This document shows, piece after piece, positions 17,234 to 28,074 of a DNA stretch of 33,707 nt; positions within the stretch are counted from its first letter, which is position 1; each line of letters opens with the position of its first letter. Under the pieces are notes generated by a model that worked only from the letters and a program-made list of their open reading frames with translations, did not search any database and was not told the DNA's origin. The position numbers and the translations under genes are program-made. Origin of the DNA: Ferruginibacter sp. (GTDB taxonomy: Bacteria > Bacteroidota > Bacteroidia > Chitinophagales > Chitinophagaceae); the NCBI GenBank assembly GCA_046595965.1, contig JBKJSJ010000077.1, forward strand, positions 1 to 33,707. Direction: 5' to 3'.

Positions 17234-18727
17234 TTAATATAGTGCGATAGATTTACCATCAATTGATCTTGTACCATCGGGGCCGGATATTTTTATGTTA
17301 TCGAATGAAACCACTGAACCTGGGCCACATCTTTGCATAAAACTACTTAAGCCACCTAAACCATTTCCATTAATAGAAGCGGTAACAACGTTAGGGAAGT
17401 TAGCTCCCGAAAAATAAACAGTGGCACTTACAATATTATACTTCAAATCAAAATCAAAATTTTCTAATTCAGCCCTGCAGTATTGTTGATTTTTAAATTC
17501 TACAGAAGGCATTCTTATTTTACCGGAACCTACTTTAAAAATAGCATCAGGTATTCTTTTTACCCTAAATGAATAAGTGATAGGCTTACCATCAGGACTT
17601 ACAGTTATGGATGCAGCACCAACTGAACTTACTCTTACTGTTCTTTTAGAACCGGAACCACTAATTGAACCACCGCTCATACTTACGGTTGTTTTATCCC
17701 AACCGGTAGGTGAACCAATCGTTACAGGATTATCTACACCAATGTAAAACACATTCATTTTATCAAGCATAACCGCTGCACCACCTGGGGTACCCACTGT
17801 GTATTCAATATTATATGATTTCGTTTCTTTAGTGCCATCTGGCTTAGTATAAGTTACTGAAACCGGTACTGATTTAGCACCACCACCTTCTGCGGTAAAT
17901 TCTCTTATTGCTACTCCATCAGCTGTTAAAGCTGCGCCAGAACCACCAATAGAAATTATTGGTTGAGCTGCAGTACTAAATGAACCTACACCTGCAGTGA
18001 TGGTAACTTTTTCGCCGGGCATTACATAATTAGAACTTTGCCCTACAATAGCAGCAAACTGATCGTACACAAATTCTACTGCACCAATCTTGCTATGACA
18101 AAAACTAACAATGGTGTTTTCAGCATTTTTTACATTATTCTGAAACTTACTAAGCATAGTTAACGCAGCTACTGTGGGTGTCATGTGAAAATAGCCGGTG
18201 GTAAAATCTTTTTTGCCTTCCTTTCCTTTTACACCATCCGTATTAACCGGAAAATTTGCTTCAAACTGTTTAAAAGAAGGATCTATTGCAATCATTTTTC
18301 TTTTATACTCATCCAGTTTTGCCTTTAGCTCTGGTCCTTTTTTATTTGTTTCAAACATCCGGGTAGATGCATCCAGGTTATCTTCTTTAAATGAACCATC
18401 TTCTTTAAGGCCTGCTGCTTTTTTAAGATTTAATTTTAGTTCGTCTATATATTTGGTAAGATCTGCAGAAAGTATTCTTGCCTGTTCTGCTTTTGGTTGC
18501 CAAATGGCAGCTTGCTCTTTGTATTGGGCATCATTCTTTTTCTTTTCCAATGATTCATACAAAGTAGAATTAGCTGTGCTGATGTTGGCAGATGAACTTT
18601 GAAGGCTTGTATCTACTGTTTTAAATGCTTCCAGAATTTCTGCCGATACGTTTAGCGCCAGGATTGCTGTCAACACCAGATACATGATGTTGATCATCTT
18701 TTGCCGGGGCTCTTTGGGTAAAGCCAT
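17234..18727 (-). CDS. gldM: T9SS/gliding motor protein GldM (PorM)
   Basis: N-terminal PRQKMINIMYLVLTAILALNVSAEIL signature; DKMNVFYIGVDNP. Confidence 0.96.
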   Translation of the reverse strand: MALPKEPRQKMINIMYLVLTAILALNVSAEILEAFKTVDTSLQSSSANISTANSTLYESLEKKKNDAQYKEQAAIWQPKAEQARILSADLTKYIDELKLNLKKAAGLKEDGSFKEDNLDASTRMFETNKKGPELKAKLDEYKRKMIAIDPSFKQFEANFPVNTDGVKGKEGKKDFTTGYFHMTPTVAALTMLSKFQNNVKNAENTIVSFCHSKIGAVEFVYDQFAAIVGQSSNYVMPGEKVTITAGVGSFSTAAQPIISIGGSGAALTADGVAIREFTAEGGGAKSVPVSVTYTKPDGTKETKSYNIEYTVGTPGGAAVMLDKMNVFYIGVDNPVTIGSPTGWDKTTVSMSGGSISGSGSKRTVRVSSVGAASITVSPDGKPITYSFRVKRIPDAIFKVGSGKIRMPSVEFKNQQYCRAELENFDFDLKYNIVSATVYFSGANFPNVVTASINGNGLGGLSSFMQRCGPGSVVSFDNIKISGPDGTRSIDGKSIALY

Positions 18728-18810
18728 ATCTTTTTATTATTTAATGTTTTTATATAATTGTTTGGATCGTTGAAATTGTTTACAATCAAAAAAAAATATT
18801 TTTTTGATAA

Positions 18811-19569
18811 TTATCTGCCCTGCATTGCGCTTAGCATATTACCGTAAACTGCATTTAATTTGCCCAGGTTGTTGGCCAAAATACCAATTTGATCTTTAGC
18901 TTTTGTAGCATCTTCTACACTGCTCATCATCGTTTGGCTGGCTTCGGCCATTTTACCGTAAAAACCATTCAGTGCTTTCAAATGATTGTTACTTTCATTC
19001 AACTCCAGCTCATAAATAGTGTTTAGAGAGCCCAGGTTTTTTGTAAGTACCTGCACCTGCTCATGAAAACCTTTTGCACTTTCTGAAGCATTGCTGAACG
19101 ATGCCATAGTATTGGCACTGTTATTAAAAGCAGTAGCCATTGTGCCAATAGCAGCAGTAGCTTCTTTTGTCTTAATTCCAAAATCTGCGGTGCTCTTCAT
19201 TACATCGCTTACGTCTGTCATTCCATTTACTGTGGTACCCAATTTTTGAAAACCATCGCCCAATCTCTTAAGATTTGCGGGAGTAATATCTGCTTCCTGC
19301 AGCATTTTATCCATTGAATTTAAAGCAGGATTATTCACTACTGCTACAGCTTCAATTTCATCATCTTCTTCATGATGCTTTGGTTTTACCCACTCTATTA
19401 TTGCATATACTAAAAAGATTGCAGTTTCCGTCCACATACCAATAGTTAGCATCATATCTGCATAAGACTGATGAGTAAGTTTAGCCCATGCTGCAAAAAT
19501 GATTACGGCAGCACCTGCGCTTACACAAACGTCAATGAGTGTTAAGAAAGTTCTTTTTCTCTGAGCCAT
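18811..19569 (-). CDS. gldL: T9SS/gliding motor protein GldL (PorL)
   Basis: Two N-terminal TM helices (GAAVIIFAAWAKLTH; MLTIGMWTETAIF with the conserved Glu); coiled-coil tail ending LNAVYGNMLSAM. Confidence 0.95.
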   Translation of the reverse strand: MAQRKRTFLTLIDVCVSAGAAVIIFAAWAKLTHQSYADMMLTIGMWTETAIFLVYAIIEWVKPKHHEEDDEIEAVAVVNNPALNSMDKMLQEADITPANLKRLGDGFQKLGTTVNGMTDVSDVMKSTADFGIKTKEATAAIGTMATAFNNSANTMASFSNASESAKGFHEQVQVLTKNLGSLNTIYELELNESNNHLKALNGFYGKMAEASQTMMSSVEDATKAKDQIGILANNLGKLNAVYGNMLSAMQGR

Positions 19570-19637
19570 AGTTTTAAAGATTTAATTGTTTTGAGTGGGG
19601 ATTGTTTGTTTTTTTGATTATTATAAAATCGTTATAA

Positions 19638-19668
19638 TAACCCGTTTTATTTTAAGTAAAACGGGTTA
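19638..19668. other. Intercistronic stem-loop between gldK and gldL
   Basis: TAACCCGTTTTA-N7-TAAAACGGGTTA perfect 12-bp inverted repeat. Confidence 0.75.
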
Positions 19669-19717
19669 CCAGTATTAAATATTGTTATGGAAGAATTCCG
19701 GGAGTTATAAATTTATT

Positions 19718-21016
19718 CTATTTGCCACGTTTTTTTGGTGCAGGGGGTAAATCAATCACACATCTAAATCCTATATAAGATTTGGATGTATCCTGGTACT
19801 CATAATTGCGGGTGCTGGTTTGCAAAAAGTGACCTACATCTTTCCAGCTACCACCACGTAATACTTTACGTTTCATACGTGGAGGATCAGAATCTTTGGC
19901 ATTCCAACGAATATCTGGGTTCATGTCGTGCTGAAAATTATACCCACCTTCGTAATATAAAGAAGAAGTCCACTCAGAAACATTGCCAGACATGTTATAA
20001 AGACCGAAGTCATTGGGCCAGTAAGCATCTGCTCTTACTGTATAGAAACCCCCATCTTCAGGATAATTGCCACGACCTGGTTTAAAATTGGCCAGCAGGC
20101 AACCTTTTTTATTTCTTAAGTAAGGCCCACCCCAGGGATAAGGAGATTGTGAGCGGCCACCACGGGCAGCATATTCCCATTGTCCCTCATTTGGCAAACG
20201 AAAATCTGATTCTGAATTTCTTTTTTTACTTTCTAGAAATGCATTTAAGTAAAGGGTTCTCCATTCGCAAAAGGCTGTTGCCTGTTTCCAGCTTACGCCT
20301 ACTACAGGATAGTTTCCAAATGCAGGGTGACTGTAATATTTTTTAGCCATTGGCTCATTATAAGAATAAGCAAAATCTCTTACCCAGCATAGTGAATCAG
20401 GGTAAACAGGAATTTGCTGTTTTACAATAAATGCAGACCGGGGAATAGTAACATCCCGGTTGGTGGCCGCAGCTTTATAATCAAATACTTCAGATTGGTA
20501 AACAATTTTTTTAGCGTCTAACTCTTTTTTACCAAAAATGCGGTTATCGGGTGTAACAATAATAGCGTCAATTTTTTCTATTGTTGCTTTATCGCCCCAT
20601 TTAATAGTTTTTGCCTTTGTCCAGTCAACCAGTTCATTTCCATCAGGCCCCTGTTTTACAAAGCCCATTAATTTGGAAGCTATAGAATCCCTTACCCAAT
20701 TAGTAAACTGTCGGTATTCATTATTGGTAACTTCTGTAGCATCCATCCAAAAACCACTGATGGAAACCTGCTTGCTACGGGCAGTATAGGCATAATTTGC
20801 ATCTTCATCACTCGGTCCCATATGAAAAGTGCCTGGTGGTATATACACCATTCCCGGAGGTTTAGGTAGCGACCATCGGGCAGCAGGAGCTACACCATGC
20901 AGTTGCCCATCGTTAGTTAAGGCTCCGGATTTCTTTTTGCCACCCAGCATTTTACAACTATTTGCAGAGGTAGTAATAGCAATTGCAGCTATGAGGTATA
21001 ATAACCGATTGTTCAT
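19718..21016 (-). CDS. gldK: T9SS/gliding lipoprotein GldK (PorK), FGE-sulfatase fold
   Basis: Likely start MNNRLL at 21016 with lipobox ANS-C; GMVYIPPGTFHMG, YPVVGVSW-QA-AFC-W, RLP-E-QWEYAARGG, GLYNMSGNVSEW and RGGSW; first gene of the K-L-M-N cluster. Confidence 0.94.
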   Translation of the reverse strand: MNNRLLYLIAAIAITTSANSCKMLGGKKKSGALTNDGQLHGVAPAARWSLPKPPGMVYIPPGTFHMGPSDEDANYAYTARSKQVSISGFWMDATEVTNNEYRQFTNWVRDSIASKLMGFVKQGPDGNELVDWTKAKTIKWGDKATIEKIDAIIVTPDNRIFGKKELDAKKIVYQSEVFDYKAAATNRDVTIPRSAFIVKQQIPVYPDSLCWVRDFAYSYNEPMAKKYYSHPAFGNYPVVGVSWKQATAFCEWRTLYLNAFLESKKRNSESDFRLPNEGQWEYAARGGRSQSPYPWGGPYLRNKKGCLLANFKPGRGNYPEDGGFYTVRADAYWPNDFGLYNMSGNVSEWTSSLYYEGGYNFQHDMNPDIRWNAKDSDPPRMKRKVLRGGSWKDVGHFLQTSTRNYEYQDTSKSYIGFRCVIDLPPAPKKRGK

Positions 21017-21040
21017 TTTTTTAAACTTTGAGGGTAATAG

Positions 21041-21048
21041 CAAATGTA
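21041..21048 (-). promoter_or_regulatory. -7 promoter element for gldKLMN
   Basis: TACATTTG matches TAnnTTTG, 24 nt before the gldK ATG. Confidence 0.6.
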
Positions 21049-21166
21049 ATGATTATTTTGATTTAACATCAGTCAGTGGAAATTCGTTATTGTTATTTTT
21101 TTGTTTATACAATTCTGCTTCGCCAATAGTTATAAACGAAGGCTATTTATAAATATTGTGGGCTAA

Positions 21167-23251
21167 TTATTTAATTGATAAGTTTTTTATTGAATGTAAA
21201 AGTTCCTTTACTCCTGTTACAGGTTTTGAACAAACATAATTTTTACATAAATAAATATTAGAGCCGCCTGTGTACTTTTTGTTCATCAATAGAGGCATCC
21301 CTTTAAATTCTTCTGCTTCCCCAGTACTGCATTGAAGTATCTTATTGGGAATATATTTCCCTAAAATATCATTCAGAACCGATATAATCTTTTCCCCAGT
21401 CACTGCTATCTCGTTTATTCCAAAACTCTGATTAAGATAACAACTGGCCCAAACTGCAAACGATGTTGGGTGCTGCTGTATTGCATTTCCTAAAGCCGAA
21501 AGCATCTCTGTCCCTCTTTCCCGCCAACTAATTTCATCAAAAACTATACCCAGGTATAACAGATTCTGTGCCATTACTGCGTTAGCCGATGGTGTTGCTC
21601 CATCATATACTTCTATTTTTCTTACTAAAATATCTTTTTGGCCAGCAGGTGTATAATAAAAAAAAGGGCTATCGTCATCTTTAAAATGATGCAGCACATA
21701 TTCTGTAAGATCTTTTGCTTTGGTTAAATAAACCTGGTTTGCAGTTATTTCCTGAAGCTGGATGAGCCCTTCTATCAAATATGCATAGTCATCCAGGAAC
21801 GCCGGATATTTAGCTTTACCGTTTTTATAAGTATGATACATTCTATTGTTACCTGTACCCTTAAAATTTTGTTCAATAAATAAATAAAGTTCTTCCGCTG
21901 CTGCTTTATAGTGCTCATCCTGCAGCGAAGCATAAGCTCTACAAAAAGCTGTTAGCAATAATGCATTGCAGTTTAGTAGCATTTTATCATCCAATGCAGG
22001 AGCCACTCGTTTATTTCTATAAGCCAGCAATGTCTGCCTGCAGGTATTTATTATAATATTAAATGTTCCCATTGTTAATCCAAACAAAGCCGCAACTTTA
22101 GCGGCATCTTGCGTTACGTTTAAAATATTTTCTCCCTCCCAGTTGCCGGAAGCTGTAATATTATAGTATACGCAAAAAATATCAGCATCGTTTCCCAATA
22201 CCTGCACTATATCCTCTTTTTTCCACACATAAAATTTCCCTTCTACCCCTTCGCTGTCTGCATCAATGGCTGTATAATAGCCTCCCTGTGGATGTTTTAA
22301 ATCTCTTTGTAAAAAATCAATTGTTGCTTTTATAACATTTTTAATCTGTAGATCTCCTGTTAATTGCCAGGCATCGCACATTACATTTACCAAAAGTGCA
22401 TTATCGTAAAGCATTTTTTCAAAATGAGGTACCAGCCATTCATTATCGGTACTATACCTTGATATGCCTCCCCCCACCTGGTCGTAAATGCCGCCATATA
22501 GCATTTTCTGTAGTGAGAGTAAGCCATGGTTTAAAGAATCTTTATCGCCTGATAAATGAGCATATTCAAAAAGGTATTTTAAGGAGGGTGTTTGCAAAAA
22601 CTTAGGTGCTTTGCCAAAACCACCATGCTGCCCGTCTGCAGCATCCAACAGTTTTAGTGCTATCTGTTTACATTTTTCTTTTGAATAAAAAGAGGGCTGC
22701 TCTTTTGTGCTGACTAATTTTTTTGAGGTAGCAAATCCGTTAGACTTCTGCAAGTGCTGAATCATTTCTTCGGCCTGGTGCTCTACTTCATCCCTTTTAT
22801 TTTTCCAGATATCCACAATAGAATGCAGCACATCCTGCCAGGAGGAGCGGTTAAATGCTTTTTGCGGTGGAAAATAAGTGCCCCCATAAAAAGGTTTTTT
22901 TTCGGTAGTAAGAAAAACATTCAGGGGCCAGCCACCGCTACCACTAATGGCCTGCAGGGCATCCATATAAAAATGATCAAGGTCAGGGCGTTCTTCCCGG
23001 TCTATTTTAATATTTATAAAATGAAGATTCATATAAGCAGCCACAGCATCATCTTCAAAACTTTCTTTTTCCATTACATGGCACCAATGGCAGGCTGAGT
23101 AGCCAATGCTTACCAATATTGGGAGGTCGTTTTTTTTAGCCAGTTCCAAAGCTTCATCACCCCACGGATACCAATGCACAGGATTGTGTGCATGCTGAAG
23201 CAGGTAAGGACTTGTTTCATTTATCAATGCATTGGCAGGAGTATTTTTCAT
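21167..23251 (-). CDS. Thioredoxin-domain (DUF255) YyaL/SSP411-family protein
   Basis: Likely start at 23251; [45 protein letters not shown] and [11 protein letters not shown] motifs. Confidence 0.92.
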   Translation of the reverse strand: MKNTPANALINETSPYLLQHAHNPVHWYPWGDEALELAKKNDLPILVSIGYSACHWCHVMEKESFEDDAVAAYMNLHFINIKIDREERPDLDHFYMDALQAISGSGGWPLNVFLTTEKKPFYGGTYFPPQKAFNRSSWQDVLHSIVDIWKNKRDEVEHQAEEMIQHLQKSNGFATSKKLVSTKEQPSFYSKEKCKQIALKLLDAADGQHGGFGKAPKFLQTPSLKYLFEYAHLSGDKDSLNHGLLSLQKMLYGGIYDQVGGGISRYSTDNEWLVPHFEKMLYDNALLVNVMCDAWQLTGDLQIKNVIKATIDFLQRDLKHPQGGYYTAIDADSEGVEGKFYVWKKEDIVQVLGNDADIFCVYYNITASGNWEGENILNVTQDAAKVAALFGLTMGTFNIIINTCRQTLLAYRNKRVAPALDDKMLLNCNALLLTAFCRAYASLQDEHYKAAAEELYLFIEQNFKGTGNNRMYHTYKNGKAKYPAFLDDYAYLIEGLIQLQEITANQVYLTKAKDLTEYVLHHFKDDDSPFFYYTPAGQKDILVRKIEVYDGATPSANAVMAQNLLYLGIVFDEISWRERGTEMLSALGNAIQQHPTSFAVWASCYLNQSFGINEIAVTGEKIISVLNDILGKYIPNKILQCSTGEAEEFKGMPLLMNKKYTGGSNIYLCKNYVCSKPVTGVKELLHSIKNLSIK

Positions 23252-23321
23252 ACAGACGTTCTTTACATTAAATAAAATAAGTTGAAAACAAAAACGCAAC
23301 TTTTACAAACTGCTGTTTTAG

Positions 23322-24122
23322 TTATTTTCTTTTTGTGGAATAGGTAGATAGAAAATATTTTTCCAGTGCGCTGATCATACTGGGTGTTTGCGGCATGGGG
23401 GCTTTTATATCCAGGGTAAGGCCTGCTTCTTCTGCAGCTTTAAATGTGTTGGCACCAAAAGCGCCTATCATTGTTCCATTCTGTTTGTATAAAGGAAAAT
23501 TTTCCATGAGGCTTCTTACACCACCGGGAGTAAAAAAACAAATCACATCATAATTTCGCCCAATTACATCTTTAATATCGTTGCTGATGATCTTGTATAA
23601 TACCGGTGTGGCATAGCCGCAGTTGTGCTGTTTTAGCCAATTGGTAATTTCACTGTCAAAAGATTCGGAGCAGGGATAAAGAAATTTTTCGTTGTCTTTA
23701 TGTTTATTGATTACATCAAATAAACTTTTATTGGTTCCATCGGCCCCGTAAAAAACTTTTCTTTTGCGGTAGAGGATAAACTTTTGAAGATATAATGCCA
23801 CTGCTTCGGTAATGCAGAAATACTTTGTTTCCTGCGATACGGTTACTTTCAGTTCTTCGCACATTCTAAAGAAATGATCAATGGCATTTCTGCTGGTAAA
23901 AATAACCGCCGAAAAAGCAGCTATATCAATCTTTTGTTTGCGAAAATCCTTGGATGCTATGCCTTCTACTACAATAAATGGAAAGAAATCTATGTTTACA
24001 TTATATCTTTTGGCAAGGTCAAAATAGGGGGATTTTATGCCTTCCGGTTGTGGTTGGGCTATAAGTACTTTTCTAACTTTCTTGTTTGCAGTTACCACTG
24101 CCTTTTCATCGTTTTTTATCAT
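23322..24122 (-). CDS. hemD: Uroporphyrinogen-III synthase-like protein (Bacteroidota HemD family)
   Basis: VLIAQPQP--KSPY, VIFTSRNAIDHFF, YLQKFI-YRKRK and YDVICFFTPGGV; ATG 24122 preferred over TTG 24134. Confidence 0.8.
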   Translation of the reverse strand: MIKNDEKAVVTANKKVRKVLIAQPQPEGIKSPYFDLAKRYNVNIDFFPFIVVEGIASKDFRKQKIDIAAFSAVIFTSRNAIDHFFRMCEELKVTVSQETKYFCITEAVALYLQKFILYRKRKVFYGADGTNKSLFDVINKHKDNEKFLYPCSESFDSEITNWLKQHNCGYATPVLYKIISNDIKDVIGRNYDVICFFTPGGVRSLMENFPLYKQNGTMIGAFGANTFKAAEEAGLTLDIKAPMPQTPSMISALEKYFLSTYSTKRK

Positions 24123-24147
24123 ACTTATCTCCAATGATGCAACAAAT

Positions 24148-25017
24148 TTAAAGCATTTTACTAATAAATAGTTCTACACCCTTATAAATCAATAGCAGGG
24201 GTAATATCTCCAGTGAAAAAATATATAACAGAAAATGAAAACGGCTGATCTTTAATTTATGCTGCAGCAGGCTAAACGAACGGATGAATCTAAATAATAG
24301 CATTACGCCTACCAATATAAAAGAAAGTATCACTACTACATTCATAATTGCTATACTAGAAAATGCCAGCACTACTATGATGGGCAAAAGACAAATACCA
24401 ATTATTTTACTAATAAGAAAAACTATAAATATATAGGTGTCTGCTTCTGAGTTATAACCGGTAACCCAACCAATAAATTTTACTGCAAAAAACTTTATTA
24501 AGTAAATAATTATAAAAGCCAGTACACATCCTGCCATCAATATCCAGTCTATCAATTTACTATTTGCTACTACCCTTTGCATTAAAAAATAAACATACAA
24601 GCCTCCGGCCAATATAAAAATGGTATTTAAAAAAAGAGAGGGCAATTTGGCCTGCATCAATTGATCTGTCAATTGGCTTTGCCTTAATGAGCTATTAAAG
24701 AAAACCCTGAAGAGGGTAGAAAAATAACGGGCATAAATAGTTTTTACAATCCCAAATAAAAAAACGAGACCAGCAAGGATATAAAAAACAGCATTTTCGC
24801 TGGTTGTTTTTTTGGGTCTCTCTGCAAGTGACACAGAAGTTGTACGGGTATTAAGATAAATATTTTCTTTTAGTATTTGTTGCAGCGTAATAAGTGCTGT
24901 TACCAATGGTTTAACAGCAATTGTGTCGGCAGATGCTTTAGCAGTATCTGCAAGTTGTGCGTCAGAAGGCAGGATACATCCCAACCATAAAATAATAAAT
25001 AAATAAATTTGTTTCAA
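24148..25017 (-). CDS. DUF4271-like multi-pass membrane protein
   Basis: Multiple TM helices; C-terminal FHFLLYIFSLEILP motif; sits upstream of the hemD-like gene as is common in Bacteroidota. Confidence 0.75.
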   Translation of the reverse strand: MKQIYLFIILWLGCILPSDAQLADTAKASADTIAVKPLVTALITLQQILKENIYLNTRTTSVSLAERPKKTTSENAVFYILAGLVFLFGIVKTIYARYFSTLFRVFFNSSLRQSQLTDQLMQAKLPSLFLNTIFILAGGLYVYFLMQRVVANSKLIDWILMAGCVLAFIIIYLIKFFAVKFIGWVTGYNSEADTYIFIVFLISKIIGICLLPIIVVLAFSSIAIMNVVVILSFILVGVMLLFRFIRSFSLLQHKLKISRFHFLLYIFSLEILPLLLIYKGVELFISKML

Positions 25018-25069
25018 CCCCGGTGTATTGTTTTAAACAACAAAAATAAAATGCTTTTGGTAAATATCT

Positions 25070-26893
25070 TTAAAAGTAATTGATATATCCAAAATGAAGT
25101 TTAGAGGCTTCCCTGATATTAAACTTTACATCATCTCTTTTTCCTACTGCATAACTAATGTTGAGTAATCCTGCCTTGGTTTCAAATAATATACCCAGCC
25201 CTAACCCTGTAAATTGGTTGTTTACATTTACCGACTGGTATTTATTTTTTACCAATCCCATATCTGCAAAAACAAACAGGAAAGAATTAAGACTAACCAG
25301 GTAACGGTATTCTGCCGAAAAAACTGCATACCTGCTTGCATAAATACTTTCTTCATTAAAACCCCGCAGCAGTTTATAACCACCAATCTGAAACAATTCA
25401 TTTCTAAAAATGCTTGGGCTGCTGTAATATCCACCATGAACGGTGGTTTTAAGGGTAGCTGATTTTGCCAAAGGAAAATAATGTGAAGCAGATAATTTAA
25501 ATCTTAACTGGTAACTCTTTGGTTTTATAGAATCATAGAGTGAAGAATAATTAAAAGAGGGGTCTTTTATATTAGTAATGTCAGTATTTTTTTTAATGTT
25601 TTTTATACCTACCGCAGCTCCAATATTTATCTCATTGCCCTTGCGTGGATTAAAGCGGTAATTAGTGGCCAGCCATTCGTAATTAATACCTGTATTAACA
25701 GCACTTACATCAACATTGGGCGGTAGTTCTTTTATACGTTTAATTAAATTAGTATCTACTGCCCCACTCAACAAAGAATTATTTTGCCATTGCACAAAAA
25801 ATTTGCCCCACTGGTTGGCAGATAAATTATACTGCACACCCACCTGCCCATTGACTTGCAAAAAATTAGAATCTTTTTTAAACAAATCGAATAAAAAATT
25901 TAGGCCAAAAGCCGAATTAAAAATATATGGTTTGTTAAACCCAAGATTGAGTCTGGGCGATTTTACCTGCAACTGCTGCCATTTCACCAGTATTTCTTCT
26001 GCCCCTCCCAGCAGGTTTTTAAGGTCCAGGTTTACATCGCCGGTTACCTGTAGTTTCTTACTGTTGCTATTAGCCGCTGCCGGTAAAAACCCCACCAGGA
26101 AATTTACCTGGCTGCTGCGTTTCGGTGCTACATATAAATTCAATACCGAACCATCGCCAAGCATAGTAAGATCGGATGCTTGCTGCGACACTAGGAAAGG
26201 AAGCTCCAGCAGCCGCTTATCTACCTGTTCTAATTTTTCTTTGTTGTAAATACTACCGTTTGGAATGCTAAGATACCGCTGCAAAAAATTTTTATTAAGA
26301 TTTACTTTTCCATACATGCGGATACTGTCTATATGATATAAAACTCCTTTGTCTGCTTTTAATTGTGCGCTCATATTTTTATCCTGCAATCGGATACTAT
26401 CTAAATAAACAGCAGCAAATGGATACCCGTTTTTTTCATAATAGCTCAACAATCTTTGCTGTAGCAAATTTAACTGGGTAAAATTTACAGGTTTGTCAGT
26501 AAAATTTTTTTCAATAAATCCACCAGCATTAAGTGCAGCTTTTTCTATAGCACCAGTTTGCAGTTGTATCCAGTTATATTTTTGCCCGGTGAATAGTATT
26601 ATATGCAACCCATTGTCCTGCATCCAAAAACTATCTACCGATGCCGTGGGATATCCTTTAGATGCTAATAACCGTGGAATGCCATTTACATGTGTCATAG
26701 CTTCTTCCTGTGTGCTAAAGGCAGTTTGCAAACCATTCTGCTGAAAATTAAAGCCGCTATCTTTACCGGCCGAATGAATGATTAACAGAAATTTTTTTTC
26801 AGTACTTATTTTTTGTCCTGAAGCATTTGATAGTATGCCATAAAAGCATACAAAAAGAAAAAGCAGTTGTTTAAGTAAAACTGGTTTCAGCAT
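25070..26893 (-). CDS. Omp85 (BamA/TamA-like) outer-membrane protein with POTRA-like domains
   Basis: GYPTA and GYPFA POTRA-like motifs; GG-KLLRGF-E (RGF motif); C-terminal LHFGYINYF; start uncertain (26893 or 26911). Confidence 0.85.
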   Translation of the reverse strand: MLKPVLLKQLLFLFVCFYGILSNASGQKISTEKKFLLIIHSAGKDSGFNFQQNGLQTAFSTQEEAMTHVNGIPRLLASKGYPTASVDSFWMQDNGLHIILFTGQKYNWIQLQTGAIEKAALNAGGFIEKNFTDKPVNFTQLNLLQQRLLSYYEKNGYPFAAVYLDSIRLQDKNMSAQLKADKGVLYHIDSIRMYGKVNLNKNFLQRYLSIPNGSIYNKEKLEQVDKRLLELPFLVSQQASDLTMLGDGSVLNLYVAPKRSSQVNFLVGFLPAAANSNSKKLQVTGDVNLDLKNLLGGAEEILVKWQQLQVKSPRLNLGFNKPYIFNSAFGLNFLFDLFKKDSNFLQVNGQVGVQYNLSANQWGKFFVQWQNNSLLSGAVDTNLIKRIKELPPNVDVSAVNTGINYEWLATNYRFNPRKGNEINIGAAVGIKNIKKNTDITNIKDPSFNYSSLYDSIKPKSYQLRFKLSASHYFPLAKSATLKTTVHGGYYSSPSIFRNELFQIGGYKLLRGFNEESIYASRYAVFSAEYRYLVSLNSFLFVFADMGLVKNKYQSVNVNNQFTGLGLGILFETKAGLLNISYAVGKRDDVKFNIREASKLHFGYINYF

Positions 26894-26939
26894 AATCAAT
26901 AAGAAAGGCAATTATTATTAAAAAGTAAATTTACAATCT

Positions 26940-28070
26940 TTGGCGGGCATTTATATTCATATTCCATTTTGCAGGCAGGCCTGCTCTTATTGCAATTTTC
27001 ATTTCTCTACTACACTCAACCTTAAAACAAAACTGTTAGAAGCGGTAAACCATGAGATTGAACTCACAAAAAAAACGGATCCATCATCAGAAATAATTGA
27101 TACCATTTATTTTGGTGGCGGCACACCAAGTCTTTTAACTGAAATAGAATTAGCTGAACTCTTACATACAATCCGAAATTCATTTACGATAAATATTGAT
27201 GCCGAAGTAACGCTGGAAGCAAACCCCGACGATATTAATCCAGGCATGCTGCAGGATTTGCTGTCCATAGGGATTAACAGGCTCAGCCTGGGTGTGCAAT
27301 CATTTAATAAAGCAGAACTACAATGGATGAACAGGGCGCACAATGCAGAACAATCATTGCAAAGCATACATGATATTATCGGTGCCGGTTTCACTAACTT
27401 TTCTGTTGATTTAATTTATGGTTCCCCATTGCTGAGCAATGAAAATTTTATAAAAAATGTAGCAATTGTTTTAAATAAAAATATTCCGCATGTTTCAGCC
27501 TATGCATTAACAGTAGAACCCAAAACTGCCCTGCACAAAATGATCAGCTTAAATAAATCAGCACCGGTAGAAGAAGAAAGGCAGGCAGCGCAGTTTGATA
27601 TACTGGTGGCAATGATGGAAGATGCCGGATACGAACAATATGAAATCAGCAATTTTGCCAAACCCGGTTTCCGCAGCCGGCACAACAGCAGTTACTGGCA
27701 GGGCAAACATTATTATGGTTTTGGCCCTGCAGCACATTCTTACGATGGCAACAATATCCGTCGCTGGAATATTGCCAACAATGCATTGTATATAAAATCG
27801 CTGGAGAAAAAAATGATTCCTTTTGAAGAAGAAACGCTCACAACTGTTCAGCGTTTAAATGAAACGATCATGATTGCATTAAGAACGATGGAAGGATTAG
27901 ATTTAGAAAAAATTAAAAATGATTTTGGGGGAAAGTATTCGGTAACTATTTTAAATAATGCTGTTAAATATATCAACGAAAAAAAACTCATAATCCGTAA
28001 CTCAAAACTGATATTGACAAAAGAAGGAAAGTTTTTTGCAGATGGAATTGCTGCGCATTTATTTTTTTAA
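26940..28070 (+). CDS. hemW: Radical SAM haem chaperone HemW (HemN-like)
   Basis: GIYIHIPFCRQACSYCNF (CxxxCxxC), YFGGGTPS, YEISNFA and SRHNSSYW (HNxxYW); TTG start. Confidence 0.93.
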   Translation: MAGIYIHIPFCRQACSYCNFHFSTTLNLKTKLLEAVNHEIELTKKTDPSSEIIDTIYFGGGTPSLLTEIELAELLHTIRNSFTINIDAEVTLEANPDDINPGMLQDLLSIGINRLSLGVQSFNKAELQWMNRAHNAEQSLQSIHDIIGAGFTNFSVDLIYGSPLLSNENFIKNVAIVLNKNIPHVSAYALTVEPKTALHKMISLNKSAPVEEERQAAQFDILVAMMEDAGYEQYEISNFAKPGFRSRHNSSYWQGKHYYGFGPAAHSYDGNNIRRWNIANNALYIKSLEKKMIPFEEETLTTVQRLNETIMIALRTMEGLDLEKIKNDFGGKYSVTILNNAVKYINEKKLIIRNSKLILTKEGKFFADGIAAHLFF

Positions 28071-28074
28071 TTTA

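Noticed and set aside
19718-21016. Formylglycine-generating enzyme (SUMF1) call for this ORF
   Set aside because: The fold is shared, but the lipobox and the position ahead of gldL-gldM-gldN identify it as GldK
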